DNA of 64,000 nt from Octopus vulgaris. Its lineage: Eukaryota. The notes below the pieces were generated by a model that saw only the letters and a program-made list of their open reading frames with translations, did not search any database and had not been told where the DNA came from. Positions within the stretch are counted from its first letter, which is position 1; each line of letters opens with the position of its first letter. Shown one piece after another: positions 25,868 to 39,384 of the stretch. The DNA lies in contig OX597814.1 in the NCBI GenBank assembly GCA_951406725.2, forward strand, positions 152,458,001-152,522,000, in the 5' to 3' direction. Both the position numbers and the translations under genes were made by a program.

Positions 25868-28319
25868 TATGCTTCAACACACGAACTCATATAAAGAATC
25901 TTGCAAACCAAATCCAAAAACGAAATGACATTGTTATTTTCCATTTTGACACGGCATGGTTCATACATTTTACAAGTATTGCGGTTAATTTATTTATGCA
26001 GAGCGTCTCTAATATCTTAGAGTGTAGAATACTGGGAAATGGTTTTCAATAATTAATCCAAGCCATTAACAACATTAATTCCTTATTCTGGAGAATTAAT
26101 GTTATTTTCCCCTCCAGCATCCAATCAGGTGCTAGTTCTGGTCTTGTAATCAGTTTAATGCTGCTATCTTACAACTATGGGTTTTAATAATGTGTTTAGG
26201 CCACAAATTAGCGCTAAAAATTTTTTACTGCCTCCCACTGTTTTCCAGTTGCTTGCAGTTCTTTGTGTTTCATGAGCTTTATATGTTTGGTTCTCCAATG
26301 GTGGGCCATTTTTGTAGTGCTATTACATTTTTTTGTGTTTTTCATTCTGGATAGGGATCATTCCACGTTAAATTATTATTACTTCGGGTCACTAAACCCT
26401 CTCTCACTGCAATGTAATACTGCCCAGTCAGTCCATTAAGGTGTAATAATATTTGTTACAAATGCTATGATAGCCTAAACTCTCCACCAATTGACGAGGA
26501 AGCATCTGCATGGTCTTTCGGCCGATTAGAAATTCAAACCAAATCTCCCTCAAAGCAAGAATGGGATTGTACTTATGAAGCTCAGATTCACTACCCACCA
26601 CATCCCATATTTAATTGATTATAATTAACATTTCAGAGTTGTTTCCTTTGCCTCTTTTTTTACCCAAGTAAATCGTTGAGATAATGATTATTTTTATCAT
26701 TAAAAGTTTAATTTTAAATTATTAAGACTCCTTAGTTTAATACTTCCGCTTTGCTATTGGATAATAATAGCCTCTACAAACTAGTAATGGAACTTCTACG
26801 AAGTCACTTGACCGGCTGGAAATAGTCAAATCTCCTCTGGAACTTACACTATTCTCTTTAAAAAGATATGGTACATTGGGCATGTTGTTAATTTAGTTAC
26901 ATTATGTCGAAGAAAAACTGAGATTGTCATTGCTGGAACACCTGTTTTCATAGGTCTGCACAATCAATGCTAGTCTTGGTCAAGGCAACAACAAAATCAA
27001 CAACAGTTAAACTTTCCCTAAGCCCAACAACAAACATTATTTTCTTCCTTTCATTCCGATTTCTTTGTCTGATCGATTTAAGTTCCATTTTAACTGATCT
27101 AAACTCACGTCAATACATGTCTATTCTTTCATATATGAGAAGACTTCTATACCGTACCAAACCATAGAAAATACTCTTTTTCTCTGTATTGGCTGGTAAA
27201 AATTGACTATTTCAGTTTGTGAGTTAAATTTATAAACAGCGACTCGAGAAGCAGTAAACTTTAAGAGATATAAAAACCAGATGGCCAAAAAGAATACATC
27301 GCTTTTTAAAGGGGCGAAAATTACATTCCTTTGAAGCTTCAGTATATTATTTTTACTTATTCTATTTGCCGCCATCAGAAGTCGATTTAGACTATAATCA
27401 GAAACGTAAGAGCCTGCAATAATTATAAAGAAACATCTCCGGTCTCTACACCAGCAGGTTTCAATCCATTTTACAAATAAATGGCCTTTTATCTTCAAAT
27501 TATACAGCTGAGTAATGGTGTCGTGTAAGAGTATTACAAAAAAAAAACACGCCTAAAAATTTTCCAAACTATTTTCTCAACCAGCAAAATAACACTATCC
27601 GGCAAATGTTTAGTTATCAGAAAATTCAACAATCAAATCGTGTAACCCTAATTAATTCAAATGAACTAATGCCAGCTTTAAAATCGATTTTTTTAGCTGT
27701 ATCCCAGGATTTAAGGGAAATTCGTTGCTAGTAGTTTGGTTTACTTATAATGAAGACACGATAACCCAATAACTCTTATCATGCATTTTATTTTATCGGG
27801 GTTTAAATATAAGTCAATTTCAAATTTTCAGAACCGTTTTCCGTCTATTGCTTAAAATTTAATTTAAAATTTCGTTTATTATCCCAGTTTATGTATAGTT
27901 GTGACTCATGACATGTCAACAATTCGGTTTCGTAGTTTACTCTTTTGGGGGGACTAAAACCAATAAATATATATTTAGCACATCTACGACGCTTGAAGTT
28001 CTGACCAAGAGAGCCTCATTGCACATTCCTGCTGTAGTTAGCAAGTATCGTCTCCGACGGTTTTACCTTCACGTCTTTCAATGACAGAAATATTTCCATA
28101 AATACTTTTGCCTTCGTCGTCAAATGAATCATTATGACTTACATGGACAAACTGCAAAATAAGAATACAGAATGTGAAACTTTAATGACATTTTGCATCC
28201 TAAAGATCGATAGCTCTGAAGCAAATTATATACAATTTGTGCGTATGCTTTATTTATTTATTTATGTTTCAGAAATACCTGGCATAAAACTTTCAAGAAT
28301 TTGCAGCCATCTTATTCCA

Positions 28320-28665
28320 TCTCGAAAATTTCGAGGATACACTCAAAGCCTCACTGAAGTACTTTGAAATCAACGTCGACCTTGGAAATGCAAGCACAGG
28401 ACTGCCCTGTCTGGCATGACTGCACCAACAGAGGTGCAACCTCCTACGAAAGTAACAGGATCACGGAAGCTCAAAGGAAACGTGAGCTCCGCAAGCCTAC
28501 AGCGATCTCCTTGCCTTCAGTCCCAGCGCCCGATCTACGGCAGAACCTTCCGAGCTCGCATCGGTCGCAGCCTGACACAGCGTGACCCATCTTTCCTCAT
28601 GCGATGTCCTTGGTCATCGTGACAACGACGGACGAACATCATCATCATCATCATCATCATCATTA
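28320..28665 (+). mobile_element. RTE-clade LINE 3' end with (CAT)n tail
   Basis: STLEMQAQDCPVW...GATSYESNRITEAQRKRELRK, degenerate zinc knuckle GRTFRARIG, then GACGGACGAA(CAT)n tail. Confidence 0.8.
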
Positions 28666-28712
28666 TTATTATTATTATTATTATTATCATTATTATCATT
28701 ATTATTATTATT

Positions 28713-29267
28713 GAGTGAGAGAGCAGTTCATGCCATCAAAGTGACACTGGGGTAAAATATATACGAAGCCCAATATACCCATCATGACTACCCGTCTGAT
28801 AAGGGTACACCAGGCACATGCATCACAACCATATGTGCGCGACATGGTGATCTCATATCAAGATAAACAGCACATGACCTTGCAGGTGGGGCCCAGTTAG
28901 AATTTTCTTCAGGTTGAGTAGCCCATCCCGCTCAAAAGGTCCCTGAACAAGGGTTGTTTAAGGATGTTGAACGAAACACCCATGTTTCCAGAGGTGAATT
29001 ATTCAAACCCCAAAGAATCCCTCTCAACACATGGCTATGATGCTCCCCCACTACTTCTGCTCGTGATCAGAGATGCACATATCGTCAGCCACTAGGGGCA
29101 TGCTCAACTGGTTAAGGTCAAACAACTGACAAGCAAATCTGTGGTATTGAGCAGAATATTTGCTGTAGCCCATCTTTTATACCAAGACAAAACAATGTAC
29201 ATGATAACACTTCCAATCAGTTAAGATCAGAAGCCATGAGAGCCACTGCCTGGTACTGCATCAGGGC

Positions 29268-29269
<2 letters not shown>
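28713..29269 (-). mobile_element. ~560-bp non-coding retroposon inside an (ATT)n microsatellite
   Basis: (ATT)n on both sides. A diverged partial copy lies at 30482-30745 (shared AGGGTACACCAGGCACATGCATCACAACCA). Confidence 0.7.
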
Positions 29270-29328
<59 letters not shown>

Positions 29329-30128
29329 TTGGTTTGGCTCAGGTTCGATCTTATTCCTGGTAAGATTTATGTGGGTAACGGGTTACTACCTGTAACCTTA
29401 GGTATCCACAAGTTTTCAATGGTCTTTCAAGTGCTTATAACCCTCCTGATAATCCTTGCTGTCGCTAAGAGACAAACTTTCTGTAAGAGCTCTGTCGGGC
29501 ATTCTATTCTAATCTCATTCACCTATTTGTCTATATCTTTACCTACTCTACCCAACGCACCAATTATTATAGGCACGACCTTTACTGTTCATACTTCAAA
29601 TTCTTCCTATTTCAGATTTTATGGGAGTATACTTTTTTTCTTTTGTCTTCGTCCTCTCTCTTCGCGATCCTGGAATCAAACGGGCATGATGAGTCGATCA
29701 GTAAGCAACTTCGCTTTTCCTTATCTATAATTGTTATGTCCGGTCTATTGTTTTCTAATTATTTTCTATTATTTTCTAACTTCTTGTCCGTTTGAGTAGG
29801 AAAGTCCCACAAAATCTTGCATTTCTCCGAGTCCAGTACTCTTTCGAATCGGTGATTGTACCCTGTGTTTCCAGTTTCAAATCCCCATTTCTGGTACAGT
29901 TTCCAGTGTAAAACTTTTACATTTTGGTCGTGTTTCCATTTCTTATATTATTCCTGTGCCAACTTGGGATATTCTTCTACAATGTGTGCCACTGCCTCGT
30001 TCCAAGTTCCACGGGCTGTGTTTTTCTGACACATTCTCTCCATATATATTTTCTCAAGTTGTTTGTTTTTATCGCTTGATTTTGGGCTGCTACAAGTAAG
30101 CTCTCTGTTTCTTTTAACCGCCCCAGGT
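29270..30128 (-). mobile_element. R4/Dong-like LINE 3' fragment (CCHC + restriction-like endonuclease) ending in (TAA)n
   Basis: LKETESLLVAAQNQAIKT; AHIVE; ILWDFPTQTDKKLEN-NRPDITIIDK; VPIIIGALG. Tail merges into the (ATT)n array at 29270-29328. Confidence 0.8.
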
Positions 30129-30129
30129 T

Positions 30130-30481
30130 TTGTTCTACATACGTCTTCAGTGGTCCGGACTTGCAGGTGGAGAAAAACTGGGACGAGCTGACGGGCAGGG
30201 CGGCCAATTTCACCCAGAAATGGGCCGAGAGAAAGCTATCCCTGAAAGGTCGAGCGGAGGTGGCGAATGCATACATCGCATCCGTCATCTATTACCGCTT
30301 GACTGTCGTCCCTTGCCCCGTTTAATGCTTGTTGGAGCTGGTGCGCTTACTCTTCCACTTTCTGAGGAGTGGTGCGTTCCACTGGTCAGGTGTTCCATCT
30401 GCTGTCAACAGCCGATAAATGGAGGGCTGGGCATGCCGTGGTTACTGATGCGCAGACATGTGCTGAGGTTGCGGCATCTCC
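30130..30481 (+). mobile_element. L1/Tx1-clade LINE ORF2 fragment
   Basis: GPDLQVEKNWDELTGR...KWAERKLSLKGRAEVANAYIASVIYYRLTVVPCP...GGLGMP, typical of the Tx1 post-RT region. Confidence 0.75.
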
Positions 30482-30745
30482 AGGGTACACCAGGCACATG
30501 CATCACAACCAGATGTGCGCGACATGGTGATTTCATATCAAGATAAACAGTTCATAACCTTGCAGGTGGGCCCAGTTAGAATTTTCAAAAGGTCCTTGGA
30601 AATGGGTTGTTTAATGATGTCGAACGAAACATCCACATTTCTAGGGGTGAATTATTCAAATCCCAAAGAATTCCTCTCAACACATGGCTGTAATGCTCCC
30701 CCACTATTTCTGCTTGTGATCAGAGATATACGTATCTCTGATCAT
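30482..30745 (-). mobile_element. Partial copy of the 28713-29269 element
   Basis: Colinear similarity to ~28802-29085. Confidence 0.75.
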
Positions 30746-30916
30746 GTCATTAAAGAAATTAGTTTATGAATTTGAGTCCTAACGAAACCAAGCTGCTCCT
30801 GCCTCTTCACAAGGTCGATCATGCTTTTATGAAAATATGATTTGGTTGTGGTACTAAACGAGGAATCTGAAGGAGATGGTTCGAATCTAGGCAGAAGCCT
30901 CACTACACACGCGCGC

Positions 30917-31127
30917 ACGCGTGCGGTTGCTGAAAAGTTCCTGGCTTTAATGGTATTGCGAAAAGCCTGTTTGGAGGTCCAACCTTCCGAATTCTTTTAC
31001 AGCGCTTAGATAAACTGAAGGGCCGCTGCGATAAGTGCGTGAATCTGAGAGGAGGAATATGATAATCAATTTATACCCTTGTATTTCCTTTTACCCAAAG
31101 CCGGAGATTTTTCAGTACCTCCTCGTA
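30917..31127. mobile_element. Mariner-type MITE
   Basis: Degenerate TIRs TTGCTGAAAAGTTCCTGGCTTT / AAAGCCGGAGATTTTTCAGTACCTCCTCGTA. Confidence 0.65.
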
Positions 31128-31702
31128 TATACATACATACACATACATACATGCATGCACGCACATATAAGATTTATGCATACTGTTTCTAAGAGTCTTA
31201 GAGATAGACAAACTATAATTAACTGGTAAATATGTTTACATATTTTTTCAAAGAATAGAGTTGTGGTTGTGAAAGCAGCCCATACGAAACGAGAACCGAG
31301 AGGGAATAAACTTCACACCTCATTGTTCACACGTTGGTGTAATTACCACGATACTATAAAACCTTCTGACAAATACCACCCTACACATCTACACAGTATG
31401 TTTAATCATATGGACTTCTGATCATGTGTAATTTCATAATGTATGTATACGTTCTGATTCTGTCTTTTGATGTAATAGCAAATTTGATCGCAGTCTTTTC
31501 TCCTCATTATTTCGACGCTTGAATCACTAATTTGTTCAGACATAAATTTATTATGAACTTCAGTTTCGACAATTGAATTTTTACTCTATTTTTCTCTGAA
31601 CGACAACTAAACTGAACAGTAAGTATGTTTACACTATTTAAACAGTACTGTTATTGTTGATGTTGATGTTGATGTTGATGATGATGATGATGATGATGAT
31701 GA

Positions 31703-31736
<34 letters not shown>

Positions 31737-32889
31737 GCTGTTGTTGTTGGCGGCGGTGGTAGTCGTGGTGTCATGGTGTCATGGTGGTAGTATAGTTTAG
31801 CTCAAGACACAACTATGCTCAAGTGTTCCAGGAAGATCACCCTCTTGCATGAGATCGAACTAAGTCAATGTTAACAAACACGTGTGTGCAGGCTTAAAAG
31901 CTGCAGCCATTTAGACAAGGTTACACTTAGATTATATGAAGTACTGGTGTTTCTTGTGTCTGTATTTCCCACGAGCTCGTAATAAACACTATATATGTAA
32001 GGCTTAACTTCAAAAAAAAACATTCCATGGAGCAAGGTTATTCACTTGCAACAAAGTCGTCCTCCCTTTTTACCTGATCTTTCCCTGGGGATTTTACGTA
32101 TGGATGCAATACCGTTTCTTAATCTCAACAATACAAACCGTTCTAATATCAAAATCAAGGAGGTGAGCGGCAATAGGTTTGTTTTGACTCTATTATAGAA
32201 CGAAACATACATACTCACATGCGTACATATAAACATACATACATACATACATACATACATACATACATACATACATACATACATACATACATACATACAT
32301 ACATAATGGATAAGAACACGTATTTGTACTCCATCGTGACGCAGTTATCTTTTTACAATTCTTTTAAATTAGTTGCGTTAGTCACGTATTCATTAATTTT
32401 TGAATTGCTTATTAGTTCAAGCATTCATTACTCGCTCAGTTCTTCAAAAGTCTTTCCATTTTCCTCCATTTGCTCACCTGTTTTTGCGTTCACTTAGTCA
32501 TCAACTGCTCAGATGCTAATCAGTTGTTTCATTGTTGGCCAGCTGCTGCATCATTAACTAAATATATAAATTTTCTTCGATGAAAAGAGCTGTTCATAAA
32601 CTGTTTCTCAGTTCTTTCATTTCTAGCGGGAATATTTAGCAATCTCAGATCACTATATCCGATGTCGCGATTCTCTAGAATATTACCTACGTCATCAAAA
32701 AATCTGACCATTCAAGACTTCGCGTGGAACAGGCTCCAACGACAACTTCATCTTTTAGCAGGCTTCTTTCTGAACCTTTATACTACAGCAACAACAGGCA
32801 GCGAACGAGAGACATTAGATGACGGTAGTACAACCAGCAGCTAACCACATTTTGACTACTACTATAATCACACCAATCCAAGAACATTT

Positions 32890-33440
32890 ATAATAATAAT
32901 AATGAAATTATTGTATACAGTGCTCAGGTGCGCCACAACTTGTCAAAAGTGCGTATAAAGCATATGCAGTAATGTACAAATGTCTGGGAAGTGAACTGTG
33001 TATGAGTCAGATACATGCTTGCGTATGTATGGAGGGGAGAAAATCAGGTGTAGTGTTGGCGAATCTCAGGAAGCATGGAAGTTTTGAAGGATGCAGTGCT
33101 CCAACAACTAACAACTGATGCCGGCAGTTTGTTCCATACTTCAGCGACTCTTAGCGTGAAAAAATGCTTCCGAAAGTCATGGGAGCTGTGCTGTTTTCTG
33201 ACTTTGTAAACATGTCCACGAGTGTCACACAGGTGGAGTTTGAAAAGGTACTCAGAATTATTGTTTGTAAGATGGTTAATAATTTTATGGGTGTCTGCCA
33301 AGTCAGCTGCCAGACGTCGGAGTTTCAATGTATCCATGCCCAGGGAAGTAAGGCGTTCAGAATATGGCAAATGCCTGACGGAGGGTATTCTCTTGGTTGC
33401 ACATCGCTGAACGGCTTCCAGACGATTAATATCCAGGGCC
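32890..33440 (-). mobile_element. CR1-clade LINE 3' end
   Basis: PYSERLTSLGMDTLKLRRLAADL...TRGHVYKV...FRKHFFTLRVAEVWNKLPASVV, a typical CR1 ORF2 C-terminus, followed by 3' UTR and an (ATT)n tail. Confidence 0.9.
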
Positions 33441-34372
33441 GTTGTTTTGTCGTTCGTAGCAATGATATCATTTCTCTTTGTTTATGAAAGGAATAAATAT
33501 TTTGTTTATCAAAAATTCAAACAGATATCAGTGTTCTTTATCGTAACAAATTATTAATTAGTTAATTGTTCATTTATTCATAAATAGTTCATTATTCATC
33601 TTTAATAATATTCTCGACAGAAAATGGTAAAATGTATTATCTGGAACAAAAGTTTCAAAGCTGAGATTGTAGCCATGTTTTTGTGAGTAGTTATGTCAAT
33701 AGTTATGGTAGCACATAACTACTTCAGTCGGTTATTGTTCAGAGTTTAAAGGTTGGTTTTGACTAACCAAAATGAATATATACTTGTAAGAGAAGTTAGA
33801 AAAAAACTGACAAGCTCGTTAGGGAAGTTTGTTAACCAACTCAGTGTACTAACGTGATAATCGAACTAATTTCTAAAGTAGCTACTTCGAATTTGAATCG
33901 TAATAACGGTTTAAAGAAGAAAAATGCATAAGCTTTAACTTTCCACGCGTCCCCACCACATATTCAGACAACTTAGAAGCCGCATGCTCTGCAGCAAAAA
34001 TTTATTATCGGTTTGTGTCTGGTCTCTTTGTCCTATACTTCAAAGAACGACAACATCGGTGTGTGAATGTAAATTGCATTGAATTCTCCTTTAAGAAAAA
34101 AAAAAAACAGTCCATCCATTTCACAGACGTTGTTTGCCTGGCAATCAATATTCTTTTCTGCTGTTTCGATTCCATGAGCTCAGCGCACATTAAACTGAAA
34201 TAACAGCGAACAAACATCTAACAGCTCGTTTTAGACTTGGGATTTAGCATAAAGAATCCTTGACAATATCCAATGGCACTGGTTTGCATATTGGCTTAAT
34301 CAATGGCGTAGAAAGTCTACAAATATTCTTCAAGTTTTATAAGTTGCTTTTTCTGCGTATTCGTATGACTAC

Positions 34373-34389
34373 ATGTGTGTGTGTGTGCG

Positions 34390-34421
<32 letters not shown>

Positions 34422-34780
34422 TGCATGTATGTATGTATGTATGTATGTATGTATGTGTGTATGTATGTATGCATGTATGTACGTACGTACGTATGCATGT
34501 ATGTATATATGTACGTACGTATGTATGTATGTGTGTGTATGTGTGTATGTATGTATGTATTATGTATGTATGCATGTAAGTATTATGTATGTATGCATGT
34601 ATGAATGTATGTATGTATGTACGTATGTATGTATGTATGTATGTATGTATGTATGTATGTGTGTGTGTATGTGTGTGTGTATGTATGTATGTATGTATGT
34701 ATGTGTGTATGTATGTATGTATGTATGTATGTATGTATGTATGTATGTATGTATGTATGTATGTATGTATGTATGTATGC
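34373..34780. repeat. (TATG)n microsatellite
   Basis: Seen directly. Confidence 0.96.
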
Positions 34781-35588
34781 TTTTGAATCCGTATTTGTAT
34801 GAGAGGTAACGTAACAGATCTCTGAACAAATCATAGCAGAAATCAGTTTTATTCAAACAATCAAGATTAATTCAAGCTTCACTTGTAAACGTGTAGTCTT
34901 TGAAATGTACCGTATTTTTTAATGACTTCCCCAAATAAGGATTGTATCTGAAATGTTTACGCTCAGAAAACTTCTATGTGCTTCCTCAAAAGATTATTTG
35001 GTTCATAAAACTTATTTATAAAACTTTTTCAAGCAAAAGAAATTTGGGGATTCTTAAGCTAGCTTAGTTCTAACTTCATGAATTATACTTTACGTAAACA
35101 TTAAGGTTCGGAAATAAACGGTAGAACGCAGAAACTACTGTCATATATTAAAGAATTTTAGCCAAAAAGATTCTAATTTCAAAGCTAGCTAGCGCCCACT
35201 TTTTTTTGGGGGGGCGGTTTCCGTTACTAACATCAATAGGATGAATTTCAGAAATATCATGGTTTGCTTCTCAAGATAAAACCGTATCTGAACAAAAATT
35301 TCCCATATAGAAGACAACGGGGATGAATTGACAGCGTTTTCTGGTTGCGTTAGAAACTACCTCTTTACCTTTAAGTTCCGAGTTCAAATCACACCAAAGC
35401 AGATTTTTTCTCTTCCTACATCTAGAGTTGATGAAATATATGAGTTAAGTATCGGATTTCATCTAATGCACTATACTCTCCCCTTTAAATGTATGGCCAT
35501 CTGTCTATATTGAAAAGAAATTAATTGATTACGCACACATACATACAAATAAATAAATGAATGAATTCGCTATGGTTATGTTCTTTAT

Positions 35589-35840
35589 TGTGGAGGCGCG
35601 TGGCTTAGTGGTTAGGGTGTCAGCACCATGATCGTAAGATTGTGGTTTCGATTCCTGGACCAGGCGACGCGTTGTGTTCTTGAGCAAAACACTTCATTTC
35701 ACGTTGCTCCAGTTCACTCAGGTGGCAAAAATGAGTAACGCTGCGATGGACTGGCGTCCCGTCCAACTGGGGAACACATACGCCATAGAAACCGGGAAAC
35801 CGGGCCCATAAGCCTGGCTAGGCTTTAAAAGGGCACATTT
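35589..35840 (+). mobile_element. SINE family C
   Basis: GTGGAGGCGCGTGGCTTAGTGGTTAGGG...GGTTTCGATTCC...CTTGAGCAAAACAC. Confidence 0.88.
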
Positions 35841-36299
35841 ATTTTTTATTTATGTTCTTTGTTGATTATTGTTGACTAAGCCTTCTTAGAGCAACTTACG
35901 GTGAACATTATTTGGTGGCGGTTATGGTTTTACACATTTCGGACGATCAAATACCACCATTTCTTAAATTTCAGACTCACGGAAGTTGTAGTAGAAACCG
36001 GAATAGTTGTGATTCTCTAGTCCCCCACAAGGATTTGCCTTTTTCGGATTCCTGGATGGTAGAAGTCATTATTTTTTATTGATCATCAATGGACGAAATG
36101 ATACATAGATTGTAGGCAACTTCCGTTTCATTTATTTCATTCGTTTTTCTTTTGTTTAATTATATTTCGTTAGTTATCAGGTCATTGTCAAATTTGATGG
36201 ACTAACTGACATAATTGTTCAAATATTGGAAGGTCAGTTGTAAATTATATCAAATTTGTTGAAAATAGGTAATTTAATATTTATTCATACGCTTCCACC

Positions 36300-36570
36300 A
36301 ATGTAGGCGAGGATAGCAAGGAAAAGATGAACAAACTGTTTCCAAACATTACTTCCTCGCGATCCTCAACGACTTCAGCACTCGCCTGGGGCAAAGAGAA
36401 GCTGCTCGCTTCGGCTTCTGTGATGAAACTAATGACAATGAGACATGACTTGAACAGATAAAAGACTACTCTTTACTCGCCTCCAATTCGCTGCTCGAAA
36501 AGAAAATTGAGAAGATCTGGACGTGATTTTCGCTCCATAAAACTAAGGATCAAATTTGTAGCGTACCCTT
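36300..36570 (+). mobile_element. LINE APE endonuclease fragment
   Basis: SKHYFLAILNDFSTRLG...ETNDNE...LLASNSLLEKKIEKIWTxFS resembles GDFNARLG...NxNG...WTW. Confidence 0.7.
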
Positions 36571-37199
36571 AGTGAAATCCCCTCTCTCTGACATATATAA
36601 CACAAATACGGCCGTCTCTGCAGTGGTGACCCCTCGTTTTCTAACATGCAGCCGATATTATACACAGCAGACCTTACATTCACTCAAACGTCTACAAAAT
36701 GGTGACCCAGTGCCAGTCTAATTGACCAACCGTTCTGATTTCACCTCTTCGCTACAGTTATGTCCATTTTATATTATTGCCGTTTTGTCTTCTACAAAGC
36801 GTCTAGTAGGGGGCTCTGTCAAAGATGGCGTCCGGAACAGGGAGAAGATGTGGTCTGCAACAATTTGGTTAAAGGCCTTTTGGTAAAGCTGCTGCTAGAA
36901 TCAAGTTCGGACAGAGAGAAAATATACGTGACCGTTGCCTTCGGTCGCTTTTGTCTCAAGTCGCTGCTTGCTGGACGCTGGTGGTCAACGTCTTACGATC
37001 CCCTTGCCTCGGCTAACTGCTACGTAGGCAAAAGGGTTCTTCTTCCGGTGCTTCGCGCATGCGCGAGAGGGCCCTTCCTCTCTCTGCCTTGGTAAAGGCA
37101 CCAACACGCGCGAAATAGAAAATGGACGGTGCGCGCGCGCGCCGCTGTATAGCGTCACTACATGTTTGTAGTTTATTGTAAATCTTGCAGTCATTATTT

Positions 37200-37372
37200 G
37201 TTGGTATATTTCAAGGGCATCCCGAGTGGTCCACCGAGCAGAGTCACAGTCAGTCCCATTCTCCGCGAGATCCCTCCGCATCTGTCTTGACCATGTGGCA
37301 TGCGACCGACCAACATAAGCCGTCAACCCAGCCGGATCCTTAGCGAAGAGAACATGGTGAGTAGGGTCTAAC
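37200..37372 (-). mobile_element. RTE-like 3' fragment
   Basis: DPTHHVLFAKDPAG...GRSHATWSRQMRRDL resembles GRPxxTWxxxxxxDL. Confidence 0.5.
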
Positions 37373-37398
37373 TGCTGGTGGGAGGGTATAATTTACAG

Positions 37399-37749
37399 CA
37401 GTGGTTCTCGACTAGATCCATATGGCCCCTGGGGATCCGTATAAGATTTGGGTATGGGGATCCATGCAACAAAATAATTAATTGGGATCCACAATAGTAT
37501 TTTAAGGGCCTGAAAATTTTTTCTTTAGATGCATGTGTTGGTATGTATTGCAGGAAATAGCTAGGTTTCTTTCCTTGGCGTTTTACGTAGTTCAACCTAC
37601 ACAAGTTAATGTGTGAAAAACAAAATAAGAATTTTGAAAGAAGTCTCTATAAAACTTAGTTTTTAAACATTGAATGGCTAAGGGGTCCACCAGAATAAAA
37701 TAATAATCAAAGGGATCCATAGATATAAAACAATGGTTGAGAACCCCAG
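37399..37749. mobile_element. hAT MITE
   Basis: Termini CAGTGGTTCTC / GAGAACCCCAG; TSD ATTTACAG vs ATTTTCAG. Confidence 0.82.
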
Positions 37750-38639
37750 ATTTTCAGTAAAGAGAACAAAACAGACCCAATGACGTATGTTAATGAAATC
37801 TGTAGAAATATGTAGAAATACGTAGAATAGAAAAACAAATACGACACAAAGAGGCGAGCGACAACAAAATTTGACTGAATATTTCTTTCCTGTTTTTTGC
37901 TTACAACATAAAATGCGTTAGCACTAACTCAACTATTTGTGCTGTTTATATTATATTTTATTATATGTATATTTATACCTTTGTTTGTTTATTTTCCACA
38001 CAATCTAAAACGCTAGCAAAAAAATATTACTAAATGCTTAACCCATACCGCTCCAAACCACCATTTCACTACTATCTAAATACCGACTAGAAATTTAATA
38101 CTGTTGCTGACATGTTGAAATTCTCGGAGCAGCTTGTTTATTTGTCCATTAAACCTAAGACCTGTTACAACATTGGGATAAGTGGTGAGCGTATGGGTGT
38201 GTTGGTGGGCGCGTGTATGCATGTGTGTATGTGCATGTATATATGCATATATATGTCTGTATGCATATACATATATATACAAATATGCAAATACATATAT
38301 GTATCTATATACATATACATACACACACACGTGTGTGTGAATTTATATACAGAGAGAGAGAGGGGTGGCAAATGAGAAAACGAGAGCGTGAGAAAATAAC
38401 TGTGTGTGTCCGGTGTGTATATATGTCTCTGTATGTTCATATGTGTGGAATTCTATGTATGCTTGCATGTGTATGTGGGTGTGTTTGAGTGTATATGCCG
38501 TGTGTGGCGGTGTTTACATGTGCATTATATCAATTGTAAGCGTTTATCGCCGTGTATACATGCGTTAGTATGTGTTCATATATCATGTATATCAATTTAT
38601 ATATTCATGTGGGTGTATACATCGATTTGTATCTGTGTG

Positions 38640-38875
38640 TGTGAATGTGTATGTGTGTGTCTGTGTATGATATCTGTGTGTGTGAGTGTGTATGTGTGTG
38701 TCTGTGTATGATATCTGTGTGTGTGAGTGTGTATGTGTGTGTCTGTGTATGATATCTGTGTGTGTGAGTGTGTATGTGTGTGTCTGTGTATGATATCTGT
38801 GTGTGTGAGTGTGTATGTGTGTGTCTGTGTATGATATCTGTGTGTGTGAGTGTGTATGTGTGTGTCTGTGTATGA
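38640..38875. repeat. 41-bp higher-order tandem repeat, ~5.8 copies
   Basis: GATATC at 38669, 38710, 38751, 38792 and 38833. Confidence 0.9.
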
Positions 38876-39384
38876 GTGTCTATTATTGCGAATATTATAT
38901 TATTAAAAAAATTCACTATTTTTAACTATTTTTTGTAGCCATTTTTTGTAGACGTCTTTTTTATTTCTATTTTTTTTTATTTATATAGTTATTCATTTAT
39001 TTATTTATTTATTTATTTATTTATTAACCAAAGCTGTATTTGCTTGGCTAAGTGACTTTCTGAACGTATATTTAACCTGAAATAATTACTTTGAGACAAA
39101 ATTGTTATAGCCATCTAAAATATATAAATGTTATTATATTAATATAGAAGTTATTACAATAACTATAATTAAACAAATCTAAATCTGTATCGATATGGTG
39201 AACCTTGCTGAACAATGTTCAAGTAAACCAAACATAAGACAGACAATTAAAAGCGTTAAAAATTATATACTCCCCCTCACTACTATTTCTGAAACGAGTT
39301 AACGCACCAAAGTTCTCAATTAATTAAAAATAGGTAAATTGGTGACAATTAATGTTTAACGGTTGAAGGCTGAGTTGATAAATA

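Noticed and set aside
35589-35665. tRNA-like sequences at SINE heads
   Set aside because: They continue into SINE cores and lack a complete acceptor stem and terminator, so they are not tRNA genes.
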